Shown: positions 25,301 to 36,174 of the stretch, in pieces
How positions within the stretch are numbered: the stretch's first letter is position 1
Layout: the number at the start of each line of letters is the position of its first letter
From: Azolla caroliniana
Lineage: Eukaryota; Plantae; Polypodiophyta
NCBI GenBank assembly: GCA_043228905.1
Contig: JBHGNT010000009.1
Span: 11,160,001-11,224,000, forward strand
Direction of reading: 5' to 3'
DNA: 64,000 bases
The notes under the pieces: generated by a model
Told to the model about the DNA's origin: nothing
Database searches by the model: none
The model's input: only the letters and a program-made list of their open reading frames with translations
Translations under genes and position numbers: made by a program

Positions 25301-28300
25301 TACACAAGGTAATGGAATATGAGGACCAACGATGCCTTCTGCTAGAACTCAAGAGACATAGGGAAAAGTTGTTGAAGGAGAATAATACAACCACACAAGC
25401 TCATCCACAAGGAACAATCACGTGTGCGGAAATATATCTAACTCGAGAATTTGACATATGCCGAAAACGAGATTTCTTCCTTCGTTTGATCTTATTTACT
25501 GAGTAATATTTATTTAATTTTGATTTGTTGTTCTCGAAATCTCTTGTTTGGTCTCATAAAACATACAAGACAAGATGTAATCTCTTGTTTGGTCTTGTAG
25601 GCCATTTTGGCCTCTTAAAAGACATTAATATATCTTTCTTCCTTTCTTTCTCCCTCACTTTTGACTGCCCTTTTGAAATGTGTAATGATTGTGATGGCCT
25701 TAAATTACTTTTCAGTCATCTTACACTTGACTTTGTTTGCTGAAGCATACATTGCACTTGATTTCATTTTGCTACAATTTTTTCATTAGATTTTAAGAAG
25801 TCTTCTTTTCCAGGGTGGTGTTGATGATGCTGGTGCAGCGACAGTAAGAGCAATAATGCATTGGCAATACCGTGCGATTTCTAGAGGTAAATATTCTTTG
25901 CTACAGCGCCTGAACGATGCTATTGGTTCAGAAGCAGAGAATTATGTATCATTTTATGGACTTAGAAACTATGGTAAACTGTCAGATGGTCGTCCGCTGG
26001 TTACAAGTCAGGTATTTCATCATTCTAGATTTAACTTGACTTTGAGAACAGTTTGAGAGTGCGATAAAACTTGTATTCCTTGCCTTTTCAGGTTTATGTC
26101 CACAGCAAAATCATGATTATCGATGATAGGGTAGTTCTCTTGGGATCCGCAAATGTGAATGATAGAAGCTTGTTGGGATCACGAGATTCTGAGGTTAGAT
26201 TGTCATGTCAGTATGGATTAATGGTGACTTGTTTTAACATCTTTATATGGCCTCACATTTAGTTCCACTATAGAAGACATTTATGTGTCTGAGTGAACAT
26301 TTTGGTATTACTTAATATGATACCAGGAAAGGGACTTTATATATCACATGTATAAAGATGACAGTCTGATATGTATATACCGACCAAATGTTAAGCAACA
26401 GGTTTTGAAATCCAAGTACAACAAATTTAGCACGATGGCACCTTTTTTGATCCAGCATGTTATAGCGATATGGTTCACGATTTTCCCGGGTTTACCAACA
26501 GTGGGAGAGTCATATAGATGACTAGGTATCTCACTATACATTGGCTGATGGGGTGAAACGGAGTCCACCCTTTGAGATGAAAGAAAGAAAGAAATATTAA
26601 TGTCTTTTAAGAGGGCAAAATGACCTATAAGACCAAACAAGTGATTACATCTTAAGTGTTGTCTGGTCTTTGAGAACAACAAATCAAATCAAAATAAAAT
26701 AAATATTACTCAATAAATAAGATAAAAACAGAGGAGACAATCTGGTTTTTGGCACATGTGTTTCTCAAGGTAGATATATTATAACTTTTGTGATCCAAAG
26801 AACTCTAGCATAGGTCAATCTAGAATGGAGAGGTCGCCAAAGCGAGGGAAGCACCTGTGATGGGGTGGGAGATAATTGCCTTTATCTATTGATGACAAGG
26901 GTGCTGAGGTTGTGATCCATGGGGCCGGGCCCTACATGCACGACAAATTGCTTTTGCCCGATCTATTGTAACCCCTTTCTTATGTTCTGGTTGGGAACCC
27001 ATTTGTGTATCCCTTGATCGACTTGTAGCATTAATAGGAGTGATGGGGCTCAAGAAAGTTGTGATTGTTCTTGTGGATGAGTGTGTGGCTATATTATTGT
27101 CCTTCAACAACTTTTCCCTATGTCTCTTGAGTTCTAGCAAGAAGGCATCGTTGGTCCTCATATTCCATTATCTTGCGTAGTGGGCAAAAGCCTTGTTTAA
27201 AGAGGCAATGGTATCTCTCTCTGATTTCATAAAAGACACAATAGTGACATAGTGTTTTTCGGATTCCACTCCTTGATGACACAATTGGCAAATTCTTTCT
27301 TCTACAGGTATTCATGTATATCTGCCTACCCCAATCTCTAACTGATGTGATGAAGTTCACAGCTGCCCTATCACATTGCGCAACACATAGGATAGATGTA
27401 TGTCCATATAAGGTGGCTTGATGATGAATCAATCCTCCGATGTGTGTAAAAATTGTTTTGTAGTGGGCCTTCTTCGTACCAAGTGAAATTTTGGGGCTGA
27501 TCCATGTTATCTTGGTCATATTTAGATGGGAAGAGTCCAAGCTATAATGTAATGGGGGTGGTGCATTTATACTTTTGCCATCGAACCATTGCTGCATTTC
27601 AGCATACCAACAATGGATGTCTCTATTTCAGCCAGTTGTCTTGATGTCATAAGTGCCAACCTTGGGTACCTTCGTTTAGGGAGCTCCCAAAGACGTTGGA
27701 TACATGTCACTGATCAGTTTTGTGTAACATCTGTCTGGAGAATCTTCCTCACATCACTGATACTTTTTATGCCACTTCTAATGGCTGGATATGGGTCAAA
27801 TAACAAATATTCTGACCCAGTTAAGGTGTGATATTATTGCATCACGATGCCGAATAACACGATCCAACCGGAGATTCCCGAATGGGTTAACCTTCCGAAC
27901 TGCCTGCTGAATCCATAGGCAGGCACACGGGATTTCGCGTGCCCCATGCTACTCAGGTTGGAGCGTGAGCCAGCCGTACTTCCGGCTACTGGAGTAAAGT
28001 ATCTATAATTGTAGGTATTGAAAAACCTAAGATTCTCACTACGCAACGATGTAACATCAAGATCTCTAATAGGATTGACTGGGAAGAAGGTTTCGCACGA
28101 AGATACGAAAGATCTAATCGTAGATCCGTATGTTCGGAAAGAACTCCGCTGCATCGCGCCTAGGGAGTTGAAGAGAGATAGGTCCAATATGATATAAAAA
28201 AACTTTGAGGGATTACCTATGGCTTAACTCCTCGCAACTAATGTTCCACCGCCCAGTCGTTGTCTAGCTTTTCTAATAAGTTGCTGATTTGTTGGCACGT

Positions 28301-31300
28301 TCAAAGAAGCAGATAATCCCTAAATCTCTAGAATGTGTCATAGTATCTGAAAAATCAAACCTAAAGGAAGGGTGACGTCGCAGTCACGTAAAAAAAGCCT
28401 ACTTGACTCAGCAGGGATTTGTTGCCTATGATGCGTCGAAAAACCAATCCAAGTACAAATAAATCGGGTTGACGCTAGTCTCCCGCTTTGACGGAAATTT
28501 CGATTTGGATTTGGAATCTACATGCTGATGCTCAGGTTAGTCGGAGACCTCCCTCCGAACTGCACGGTGGAAACTTCCTCACAAGTTCCCTCCTCCTTTC
28601 CTCCTTGGGGACCCACTTTGTGATTTCCTGAAGTCCACTCTCTCCTGGAGTTTGCAGAGAGGAAAATGGCTTCTAGTAGGAGCTATTACCATGGCTCGTA
28701 ATGATGGGTTAGCCATAAAAAAAAAGGTTCCACCGTCATCCCAGGATAATTCTTCATCTTGAAAGCGTTATCCGGAATGATTGGGCGTAAAGCGTCTGTA
28801 GGTGGCTCCTTAGGAACAAGCACACTTGGAGAGCGCAGTACGGTGTGGGTAGTCCGCATCTTCACAGACATGTCTATTTCACCGAGTCCGAGACAGTGCC
28901 CAGATCGTTACGCCTCTACGGCAAGCAGTGCGTGGTGTAACCCCCGATGTAGTAACGAAATCCAAGCGTGTAGGTGGATCGACTGCTCCCGTTGGATAGT
29001 GGATGGAGCTCCCGAATCGTGGGGGGGCTTGCGTCGCGCGATCGACTCCAGCCATGGCCGATCGTGGTTGGTTGTCCCCCTCCCCATGATTCGTTGAAAT
29101 ATTGCATAATCCCATTAGAGGAACAATTTCTAAGCTATTTGGAAATCGATCCTTTTGATGGAATTGATGAATTTCGTGGAATTGGTCGAATTCAAATAAT
29201 TCCAGAAATTTGAAAAGCTGCCTCCTGAACAAGTCACCGCCAGTCTTTCACTACTTTGCTGCGCCCAGCAAGCAAATTCCGTTCACTTTTCTGCTTCCCT
29301 CGGGGGTCCATCGGAGCAGCAATTGATGAAAGTTATACAAGTGGGGTCGTGGTTATCCTATAAGGAAACCCACGTGTCGAATAACTATTAAGTGTGAAAA
29401 ACCCCTTTCTTGGATATTGGAAATAAGTAAACGGAATATAGAGAATCAGTAAAAAAGCTGTTGGGATTGAGTAGTTCACTTCGACACATCCGAGCAGGAT
29501 GCCCATGTCGCGTACGCGTGGGATACACCAACTTCTCATCGAACATTTCTGCTAGGACATAGAAGTATGGCCCGAAGCCCCAACTACATTTCTTGCCCCT
29601 ACATGCGAGGGACCAGAAAAATTTTCAATTTATGAGTAGCTGCGCAAGAAGAGCTCGAAGCCAATCCCAGGGAACAGTGAAGCTTCATATCCTCGTCTAC
29701 TTTTCACCCCTAACCCAAGGAATTTTTTGTGGTGTTTAGACAATGCCTCGGTGATTATAGGTGCTGCCCCCATTAAAGTGTGGAACAAAGATTTGAACTC
29801 TACACCTTTGAACCCAAGGAATGGCTCTAATCACTAGGGTATTCTCTTTTAATCTTAAAGTGTGAAATAGAGATTTGAAGTCTACACCTTTTGAACCCAA
29901 GGAATGGCTCTAATCACTAGGGTATTCTCTTTTAATCAAGAGATTACATCATAAGTGTTGTCTTGTCTTTGTGAACAACAAATCAAAACAAAATACATAT
30001 TTCTAAGTAAATATAAAAGTAAATAAGATAAAAAGAGACTAAAGAATCTGGTTTTCAGCACATGTAAGATTGTCAAGCTAGATATATTATAACTTTTGTC
30101 TACGAAAGATCTCTAGCATAGGTCAATCCAGAATGGAGAGGACTCCGAAGCGAGGGAAATGATGTACTTTGAAGAGTACACGGAGATATCCAGGCTGGGA
30201 TCAGGGAACCTACCCTGAAGCTCCCTTATATAGTGGTTCCAGAACCACAATGGGTAGATTTATGGGGCACGACACCCTTCAAAGCCAGCGATATTAAAGT
30301 AGAATTTTGGGGCACTAGGACATGGAATGAGACTTTGGACTGTATGTCTTTAAAACCTTTCTGAAACTTTGATTACGGGACTCCTAAGTAGCGCATGAAA
30401 GAAAACGAAACGCCTGGAAACACGATTTGAGAACCCTAATGAAATTAAGCCTTGTTTCAGTTTAAATATTTAGCTAAACATCATGAACAGATGTGTAAGT
30501 ATAACAGTCAGTTATCAATCCCAAAAGTAGGCCAGTATCATTGCTGGAAGGCGAAGAGAACGGTCTTTTGTAGGTAATAAATTACAACACATCTAGTCTG
30601 GAAGCATGATGGTTTTTATGGACATTTTCTGTGACTCAAAACCAGCTCCATGAGATGTAGCAGTAGTAGGCCGTTGATGCTCCATACATTTATGGAGTGT
30701 AATTTCAACATAGCTTTATATTGTTTTTGAAATCTTTGAAAATGTCAATCTAATACTCAGGCATACTGACTAGGTTTCTGCTGTCATCGAGGATAATGAG
30801 TTTGTTGACTCCTATATGGATTCAAAGCCATGGCAAGCTGGAAAATTTGCCCATTCATTGCGGATGTCATTATGGAGGGAACACTTGGGCCTACAGCAGT
30901 CAGAGGTCTCATTCTGTTTCTTTCTCTCCTCTGCATATGATCTCTTTGTCTCTTTTGTATGCCCACCTGAATTTTTTTATTGTTCTTTTTTTGCTGCATT
31001 ATCTGCAGATGAATTTGTTAATTGATCCTGTTTGCGAAACAGTATATAAACACACATGGAGGGCTACTGCACAGGTTTCTCTTTCTTTCACTCTTTCTCT
31101 GGTTTATTAGTGCCCTACATTTAGCTATATTTGTTTTGTTTTGATGTTTTCAAGATGAAAAACAATTTTAAGATGTACTCTCTTATTCAGTATTATAGGG
31201 CATTTTGGACTCTTCATGCTTTCTTGTTTGGACTTGAGGGCATTTTTGTTATTTTAAAAGACATCAAAATATCTTTGTTTCTTGCTTTCTATCTCTCCCT

Positions 31301-33443
31301 TTTTTCACAACAGGGTTCCTGAAAGAATGTTAATATCATTGTCATTAATCTTAGCAAATTAGGAGTGTTTTCTTTTGTTTCAATATGGATAACCGGAAGT
31401 TACCCATATTTGTAATCACGATTTGTCACAAAGGCTGATTCTGGTCTTTATTAGGCATTTATGTATGAATCGGTGCAAGGAAAAGTGCATGCACTGTTTG
31501 TCTTTGTATTTCATTATCTTTCTCAGTGGGCCAAAGCCTTGCTTATAAAAGCAGTAGTATCTCCCTTTTATGTCAGTGGCAAACATATTGTTCTTCCGAT
31601 AGATATGTTTTGTCTGCGAGGATCTTGTATACAAAAGAGGAAGAAGAATGAAGAACGCACACAGGAAAGGCGAAGGAAGAAAAAACACAGAAATTTTTTC
31701 CATTTTCTCTTACAATATACTTCTTTATATCCACTACTCATTCTTTTTCACACCATATGTGACAATCTCCCACTAAACGCCAAAATGACGAATATGACAG
31801 GAAGATTGTAGAAGACCTATACGTTCCACCTCATGGATGTGTTACCCATTGTACATGAAAGATTGTGGAACCGAAAAGGACTAAGTAATCCCCCTGAAGT
31901 GACATCAATGCACATACAGATCATGTGGAAAGGTATTGGTCAATGCACCTCAGCATTTTCTCGAGAAACAAACTTCTTGAGCAACCAATAGCTACACATT
32001 CCCAGATGAAACGATATCACACTCCAATGTGCTTGGTTGTCTCATGATAGACTGGATTCTTAGCCAAGGCAATACCACTCTGACTATCACAAAGCAATCA
32101 AGGTACAAGCTTCAAGATAGTCGAGAGAGCCATACAGCTTCATTACATGCCTCACTGGAAGCAACATACTCTGCATCTGTAGTCGACAAAGTAGTACATT
32201 CTTGAAGATGTGATATCCAAGAGGTGGCACTCCCATATTTATTTTGGTTTCTTTTTCTCAATGTATTGTGCATGTAGGCCATGACCATCTGGATCACAGC
32301 CTTGTCACCCTTGTCATGGACAAATAAAGGACATTATCACCTGGCAGTCAATATTGGAAATTTTTCTAAGACACGTTTTAGTCTAATTTTAGCTTCATAA
32401 GGTTGAGAATACCTATACACAAAATTGTTTAGGTAAAGTTTCGTGAATCATTGAGGTAACGTTCTGTGAATCATCGCAGGCCTAAGGTGGAGTGCATGGA
32501 GGTCGAGCAATAGAGTAACATCCCGCTTTCAAGATCAATAATATAAATTAGCCTGCTTTAAACCAAAATGGCCTATAAGACTGAAGGAAAGATTATGTCT
32601 TTAAATTTTTTGTACTTGGAAAGGAAAAACCAAAAAATAAATATAAGGTAGCAAAGAGTATACTTAGCTAAGCATTTAGGAATTTGAACTTAGATACACT
32701 GAAACTTTTTCCTTTGAAAGATCACCTACATGGACTCATTGAAGATGAAGGGGTAAGCATCGTAGAGAGGCAGTATAGGGAACTCCATATTTACCTATCT
32801 TCTCTGGTCAGCTTTCTACAGTGCTCAAGATTGCTGAATTAAAGCATCTACCTTTGGATTTGATCAATGAATTTTGAAATGTGTTCGATATCTTAGGGAA
32901 GTTGGTGCATAGTCGTCAACATGATGTTGAGTTACAATTTGCTCTGTTAAGCATATAAATATGATGCGTTCATGTGTGTGTGCTGTGTGCGTATGTAAGC
33001 TTTATGACATTTACCTTCTGTCTGGGTTTATAATATATTGTGGTTTATATATTAAACAGAATAACACAATGATCTATGACAAGATTTTCGGATGTATACC
33101 AAATGAAACCATTCGCACAAGGTAAAAGTAAATAAATTATGTTCCCGTCTGCATTCTGAGAAGTAATTAAAACCTCTTCGCTAAATGACGATGGCTTTGG
33201 ATTTGCAGGGCAGCCTTGAGACATGCTTTCTTCAAGGAGAAAGAAAAGCTTGGACACACTACAATCGATCTGGGTATGGCTATTGAAGAGTCTCCAGTTA
33301 AATGCAATGGATCATCTACAATATCTGTGGATGACATTAAAGGACATCTTGTACTCTTCCCCCTGAGATTTCTAGAAGAAGAAGATCTAAGGCCAGTCTT
33401 TAAGGAGAGCGAATATTATGCCTCGGCTCAAGTTTTTCATTAG
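4357..33443 (+). CDS. PLDZ: Phospholipase D zeta (PX-PH-PLD, PLDP type), 20 exons: 4357-4563, 6777-6878, 6953-7071, 7156-7297, 7672-7845, 8461-8634, 8716-8958, 9048-9164, 9324-9463, 9540-9689, 9767-9923, 10013-10486, 10568-10681, 10846-10992, 25814-26011, 26092-26193, 30774-30905, 31009-31074, 33060-33121, 33209-33443
   Basis: All introns are GT-AG with consistent phases; total 3255 nt = 1084 aa + stop. PX-region 'IFDELP...[21 protein letters not shown]', PH-region '[15 protein letters not shown]', HKD1 '[10 protein letters not shown]' (exon 10), 'PRMPWHDV', 'YIENQFFIS', HKD2 '[12 protein letters not shown]' (exon 16), C-terminus '[12 protein letters not shown]'. Confidence 0.95.
8020..8310 (+). 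repeat. Diverged tandem duplication (about 158 bp period) in PLD intron 5
   Basis: ATCAGTC(A/G)AAAGTAATGG...ACAACTTGTAAGA...GAGAG(C/T)ACATG occurs at about 8020 and about 8178. Confidence 0.6.
11270..11374 (-). pseudogene. psbM: Plastid-derived psbM copy (NUPT), full length, ACG start
   Basis: Minus strand reads ACG-GAA-ATG-AAC-ATT... = (T/M)[33 protein letters not shown], matching the 34-aa PsbM pattern; lies in PLD intron 14. Confidence 0.88.
11552..11676 (+). pseudogene. rpoC1: Plastid-derived rpoC1 5' fragment (NUPT), ACG start, frameshifted
   Basis: (T/M)[39 protein letters not shown] resembles the RpoC1 N-terminus (LRIGLxSPxQIxxWA...PNGEIVGEV). Confidence 0.8.
12470..12830 (+). mobile_element. 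Copia gag remnant
   Basis: '[14 protein letters not shown]...[21 protein letters not shown]' matches the gag at 39702-40172 ('MEDDEMVEICLGGL...LARENPPSFDLQSMLLVEENYV'). Confidence 0.7.
12870..14000 (+). mobile_element. hAT-like DNA transposon remnant with BED zinc finger
   Basis: About 13483-13570 translates as [27 protein letters not shown] (BED-finger pattern); element boundaries uncertain. Confidence 0.45.
12965..13320 (+). repeat. Tandem repeat, about 150 bp unit, about 2.3 copies
   Basis: CCTAGTGGTAA(A/G)TTGT at about 12974, 13121 and 13279; the first two units continue GTCTTGGGTTCAATTC...GCAAAATTTTATGTTAGTGTC. Confidence 0.75.
14022..14240 (+). mobile_element. Partial Copia LTR
   Basis: Starts TGTTGAGAATCAAGCTCAAC like the LTRs at 23085 and 43886; 14100-14230 is similar to 17915-18045. 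Confidence 0.6.
14240..15105 (+). mobile_element. LINE (RTE/RTEX-like) reverse transcriptase fragment
   Basis: 'IVPILKSG...NYRTIMI', 'AGFRKG', 'FVDFRKAF', '[12 protein letters not shown]', 'LLYADD' in broken frames. Confidence 0.85.
15277..16350 (-). mobile_element. LINE (RTE/RTEX-like) C-terminal domain, 3' UTR and (TTTC)n tail
   Basis: '[15 protein letters not shown]...ERICLLC...VESEEHY'; 3' UTR shared with copies at 18218, 25420, 26580 and 29936. Confidence 0.85.
16355..18210 (+). mobile_element. Copia RT fragment followed by partial LTR
   Basis: 'WVFKVKHN...[11 protein letters not shown]...LHQMD...LYGLKQ...LYVDNL'; stops and frameshifts; LTR-like part at about 17910-18210. Confidence 0.85.
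18218..18480 (+). mobile_element. Isolated LINE 3' end (5'-truncated copy)
   Basis: Reverse complement of about 15290-15540; ends ...AGGCCATTTTGGCCTCTTAAAAGACGTTAATATATC(TTTC)n. Confidence 0.8.
18583..19530 (-). mobile_element. Copia gag-protease fragment
   Basis: Zinc knuckle [14 protein letters not shown], protease '[11 protein letters not shown]', '[13 protein letters not shown]'. Confidence 0.88.
19545..21115 (-). mobile_element. Tat-like Gypsy fragment: additional (archaeal-type) RNase H followed by integrase
   Basis: Minus strand '[27 protein letters not shown]...NNEAEYA' at about 20900-21060; integrase HHCC and '[10 protein letters not shown]...[13 protein letters not shown]' in ORF 19392-20516. 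Confidence 0.8.
21115..21136 (+). repeat. Short plant telomere-type repeat, about 3 x TTTAGGG
   Basis: GGTTTAGGGTTTAGGGTTTAGG. Confidence 0.75.
21165..23467 (+). mobile_element. 5'-truncated Copia: RT-RNase H, PPT and 3' LTR (23085-23467)
   Basis: ORFs 21238-21501 and 21538-22806 ([22 protein letters not shown]); LTR TGTTGAGAATC...TTCTTTACA; same family as 38959-44349. Confidence 0.93.
23468..23795. mobile_element. MITE-like AT-rich element with GGTTT/GGTTC/AACCG repeats
   Basis: Dense GGTTTGGTTTGGTTCGGTTC-type motifs after a TTTTAAAA-rich tract. Confidence 0.4.
23800..25650 (+). mobile_element. LINE (RTE/RTEX-like), RT to 3' tail, degenerate with internal deletions
   Basis: '[12 protein letters not shown]', 'YTYVGIKF', '[11 protein letters not shown]', C-terminal region shared with ORF 15605-16429, then hairpin and TTTC tail; ends about 160 bp before exon 15. 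Confidence 0.88.
26580..27715 (-). mobile_element. LINE (RTE/RTEX-like) 3' part, interrupted by a plastid mosaic and resuming at 29740-29774
   Basis: Homologous to 24670-25650; left flank TACATGTCACTGATC and right flank ACAATGCCTCGGTGATTATAGG are nearly contiguous in the copy at 24680-24725. Confidence 0.85.
28763..28807 (+). pseudogene. rrn16: Plastid 16S rRNA fragment (NUPT shard)
   Basis: AAGCGTTATCCGGAATGATTGGGCGTAAAGCGTCTGTAGGTGGCT is the plastid-type version of this conserved 16S segment. Confidence 0.85.
28849..28915 (-). pseudogene. rrn23: Plastid 23S rRNA fragment (NUPT shard)
   Basis: GTAGTCCGCATCTTCACAGACATGTCTATTTCACCGAG..CGAGACAGTGCCCAGATCGTTACGCCT is antisense plastid 23S with a small internal deletion. 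Confidence 0.85.
29790..29937 (+). repeat. Direct duplication of about 66 bp
   Basis: GATTTGAA.TCTACACCTTTGAACCCAAGGAATGGCTCTAATCACTAGGGTATTCTCTTTTAATC occurs twice. Confidence 0.85.
29936..30158 (-). mobile_element. LINE 3' UTR fragment
   Basis: Matches 15345-15568 (AAGATCTCTAGCATAGGTC.ATCCAGAATGGAGA...GAAGCGAGGGAA). Confidence 0.8.
31140..32760. mobile_element. TE debris in PLD intron 18: LINE tail (+, about 31140-31290), LINE C-terminus (-, about 31415-31610), Copia RNase H (-, about 31760-32300), LINE tail (-, about 32555-32760)
   Basis: '[21 protein letters not shown]', '[32 protein letters not shown]', CCAAAATGGCCTATAAGAC. Confidence 0.65.
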
Positions 33444-36174
33444 CACAACGAGATATCTGTATTTACCAATCATTTTTTCTTTGTATTTTTTCAAGGCAGT
33501 GTTTACTCCTGTTCAATTAAAATGGTTGACAACACCCTCAGAAGCTGCATATCAATAAGTATTTTATGACAAGGACGCTCAGAGCTGATGTAATTTGTAG
33601 CCATTCTATATATAATGCTACTTTTGTAACATAATTGTGTGGTCATTACCTGCTTGATTGACAAACCGAAGTGCCTCCCCAGCCTAATATTCCAAGAGAA
33701 GGAATGTCTGAAAAACTGAATCATTTTCAAGCTGTACAGAGTAAAAGCATTGGTTCTCAAAGTAAATATTATATTTAGAGATAAAATGCTCAAGGCAAAT
33801 TTTCAGAGATTTAAATTTAGTTTAACAGAAAGAATGATAAATCTGTGCTTGATTATTCAATTAATTCATTTCCTTTTTTAAAGCGCTAATAAAGTAATGA
33901 GGTGGATGGTCATCTTGTAATAATTTCTAAAGCATATTTTGCTTAATAAATCAGCTGATGCATTGAGATTTGAGATGCCAAGTTCATTTTGGGACGTTAG
34001 GACAAAGGGGCATTTCATTTTTATCCGCTCATTAAAAGTTCACCAAGACCCTCTGAAAAATAGCAACTACGAGTGTGCAATGAAAACTGGATACATTTGT
34101 GGTAAACATTTGCTGAGAGTCGGATTGAACCCTCTAAAAGTAAACTAGGCAAACTGGATACATTTCTGTGAACATTTATTCAGAGTGGGATTGTAAAAGT
34201 GAACAGCACACATCTGCACATAATTGGCTTGTGGAAATACAGGAAACTTTGAATTTAGAGAGAAAATGCTGGGGCAAGCAATGTTTCTAGTGAGATGATG
34301 GAAAGAGATCGCCATGGAGGCCAAAGATTACATGTATGGCAGGGTTGGCAATGTTTTATCATTGCAAGTTTAGAGGGATTATTTGATTGACAATAGAGGT
34401 AGAGATTGAACATTTGCCAAATTCCTTACCAAAATAGGTATAGATGTCACTTTCGAGAACTGATGACATTTGTAGGAGGGTTGTGAGACTAAAAGTTAGG
34501 GGCATTAGCTAGTCTGCTTAGTCACCACCATAGTATGAACCATACACACCATTTATAGTGGACAAGGTTGTATCATTGCTTTATCGAGGTCAAGTACAAT
34601 TAGCTTTCATGTTCGGGCCAATATGGCCAACCTACTATAATTGTTTGACCAAGTGGCCTTGGACCCTCATTATTGTTATACTAGATGGTTGACAAGTATA
34701 TAGAACACCCGACACCACGACTTTATGAGCATGACTAACATAGGCAAAATATTACTTGAACCAAGTAAACAATATGTCCCCAGGAACGGAACAAGACTAG
34801 ACTTGAACTAGGTTACAAACATAAACTAGCTAGGTATTTTTAGCCTCTATAATTGAGGGTCTAGACTCAACCAATGAAGGCTAGAACATGTGAAAGAAGC
34901 ATCATAGAATGGGAAATGGAATGTGGGTATGATTAATCGCTCAAAAGAATGTAACCAATATTAGTATAATACGAAAATCTAGTTATCTTTCAAAGTGTAG
35001 GCTCATGGATAGAATATGACGTTACAAACAATTAAATAAGGCTAATAACCTCTAACAAAGGCTCCCACATGGAAGTAAATATGTCAAGCAAAATACATAC
35101 ACCACTATTGTGAGAAGGCCAAAACGTATGATAAGGGATCTTCTGACAAACATCTATCATTGAGGGTGGAAACGTCCAAGCTTTAAACAAAAATCCACAT
35201 GTCTCATATGGAGCTACAATCCAAAGGGCTAGCTCTACGGGTAAAAGCATGGGAATGGAAACACTATTATAGCTAATTAGTTGCTAAAATGCCCGTAGCT
35301 ATTCAACAATTTGTTTAGCTAATTTTTCGTGGGGAAATCATACTTGGATCATTTATGAATTTTTTTTGCTTTATTACTCAAAATTTTGCTTCATTGCATG
35401 TCATTTATTATAGTGAATAGGTAATTTACAAGAATACTCAAAAATTTGAACTTTGGTTTCTAACGTAGTGGAACCTGGGGAACAGTGCCCTAATCTAAAC
35501 TCGACTTGAATGTCAGCAAAGTCCTACTAATCCTGAGTTTGAGTTCGAAATCGAAACAAATGGAGTACTCTGAGCACGAACGCAAACGAAGCTCACACAA
35601 TAGCACAAAAACTCTGATATCGACATTGCACCTTCAGAGCACCAACACATTACCATTTCGATCCTCGTCTAGGTATGTATCAGTTACACATTACATGCAT
35701 TAATTTTTTTTTTCCCCTTTTTGATAACTGTAACTATCTTGCCTGTTCATCTTTTATAAAAAACAATTAGGGCGAAGTCGTTGGAGTCCCAAACAAGGAT
35801 GTCTCGAAGATCGTGATGTAGCAGCAGATGTGTTTTTGATTGACAAAAATTCTGATTAGGGTTGATTTCATACATATTTCAGATTAGGGCTTCTGATTTA
35901 TTTAAGTAGTTGATTTCTAATTAGGGTTTTTTATTAAGGTTTTTGATTAGGATTTCTGACTACGTTTGAAAATTTCAAATTTAGGGTTGAAATTTTACAC
36001 CAATTCACATTTCTGATTTCAATGGTTGTGTGTCTGCAAACTTCCCCGAAACTTGATTTAGGATTTTGATGCATGTACCTAATTTTTTATTTTTTATTTT
36101 TCCCAACCAATTATGATTCTAAATACACATGTCCTAGTAGAGCAGAGGTAACATGTATTGATTTTTTATTTCAG

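Larger units (their letters stand above)
27716..29739. other. Mosaic plastid-derived insertion (NUPT) built from short fragments
   Basis: Recognised shards: 23S (+27866-27925, -27925-27990, -28849-28915, -29638-29689), psa[13 protein letters not shown] (+28205-28242), rps12 N-terminus (-28243-28298), psa[10 protein letters not shown] (+28506-28534), ndh[10 protein letters not shown] (+28673-28699), 16S (+28763-28807), trnI/trnA-region intron (+28813-28841), rps7 [23 protein letters not shown] (+28916-28984), psbM (-29434-29468). Confidence 0.85.

Noticed and set aside
28763-28915. Functional rRNA genes or bacterial contamination
   Set aside because: Pieces are under 70 bp, plastid-type, in mixed orientation and embedded in a nuclear intron
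29085-29232. Assignment of this shard to plastid ycf1/ycf2
   Set aside because: Composition is suggestive but I could not match a diagnostic motif
27716-29739. CRISPR-like spacer array (shards are spacer-sized)
   Set aside because: No repeated sequence separates the fragments, there are no cas-like genes, and the context is eukaryotic
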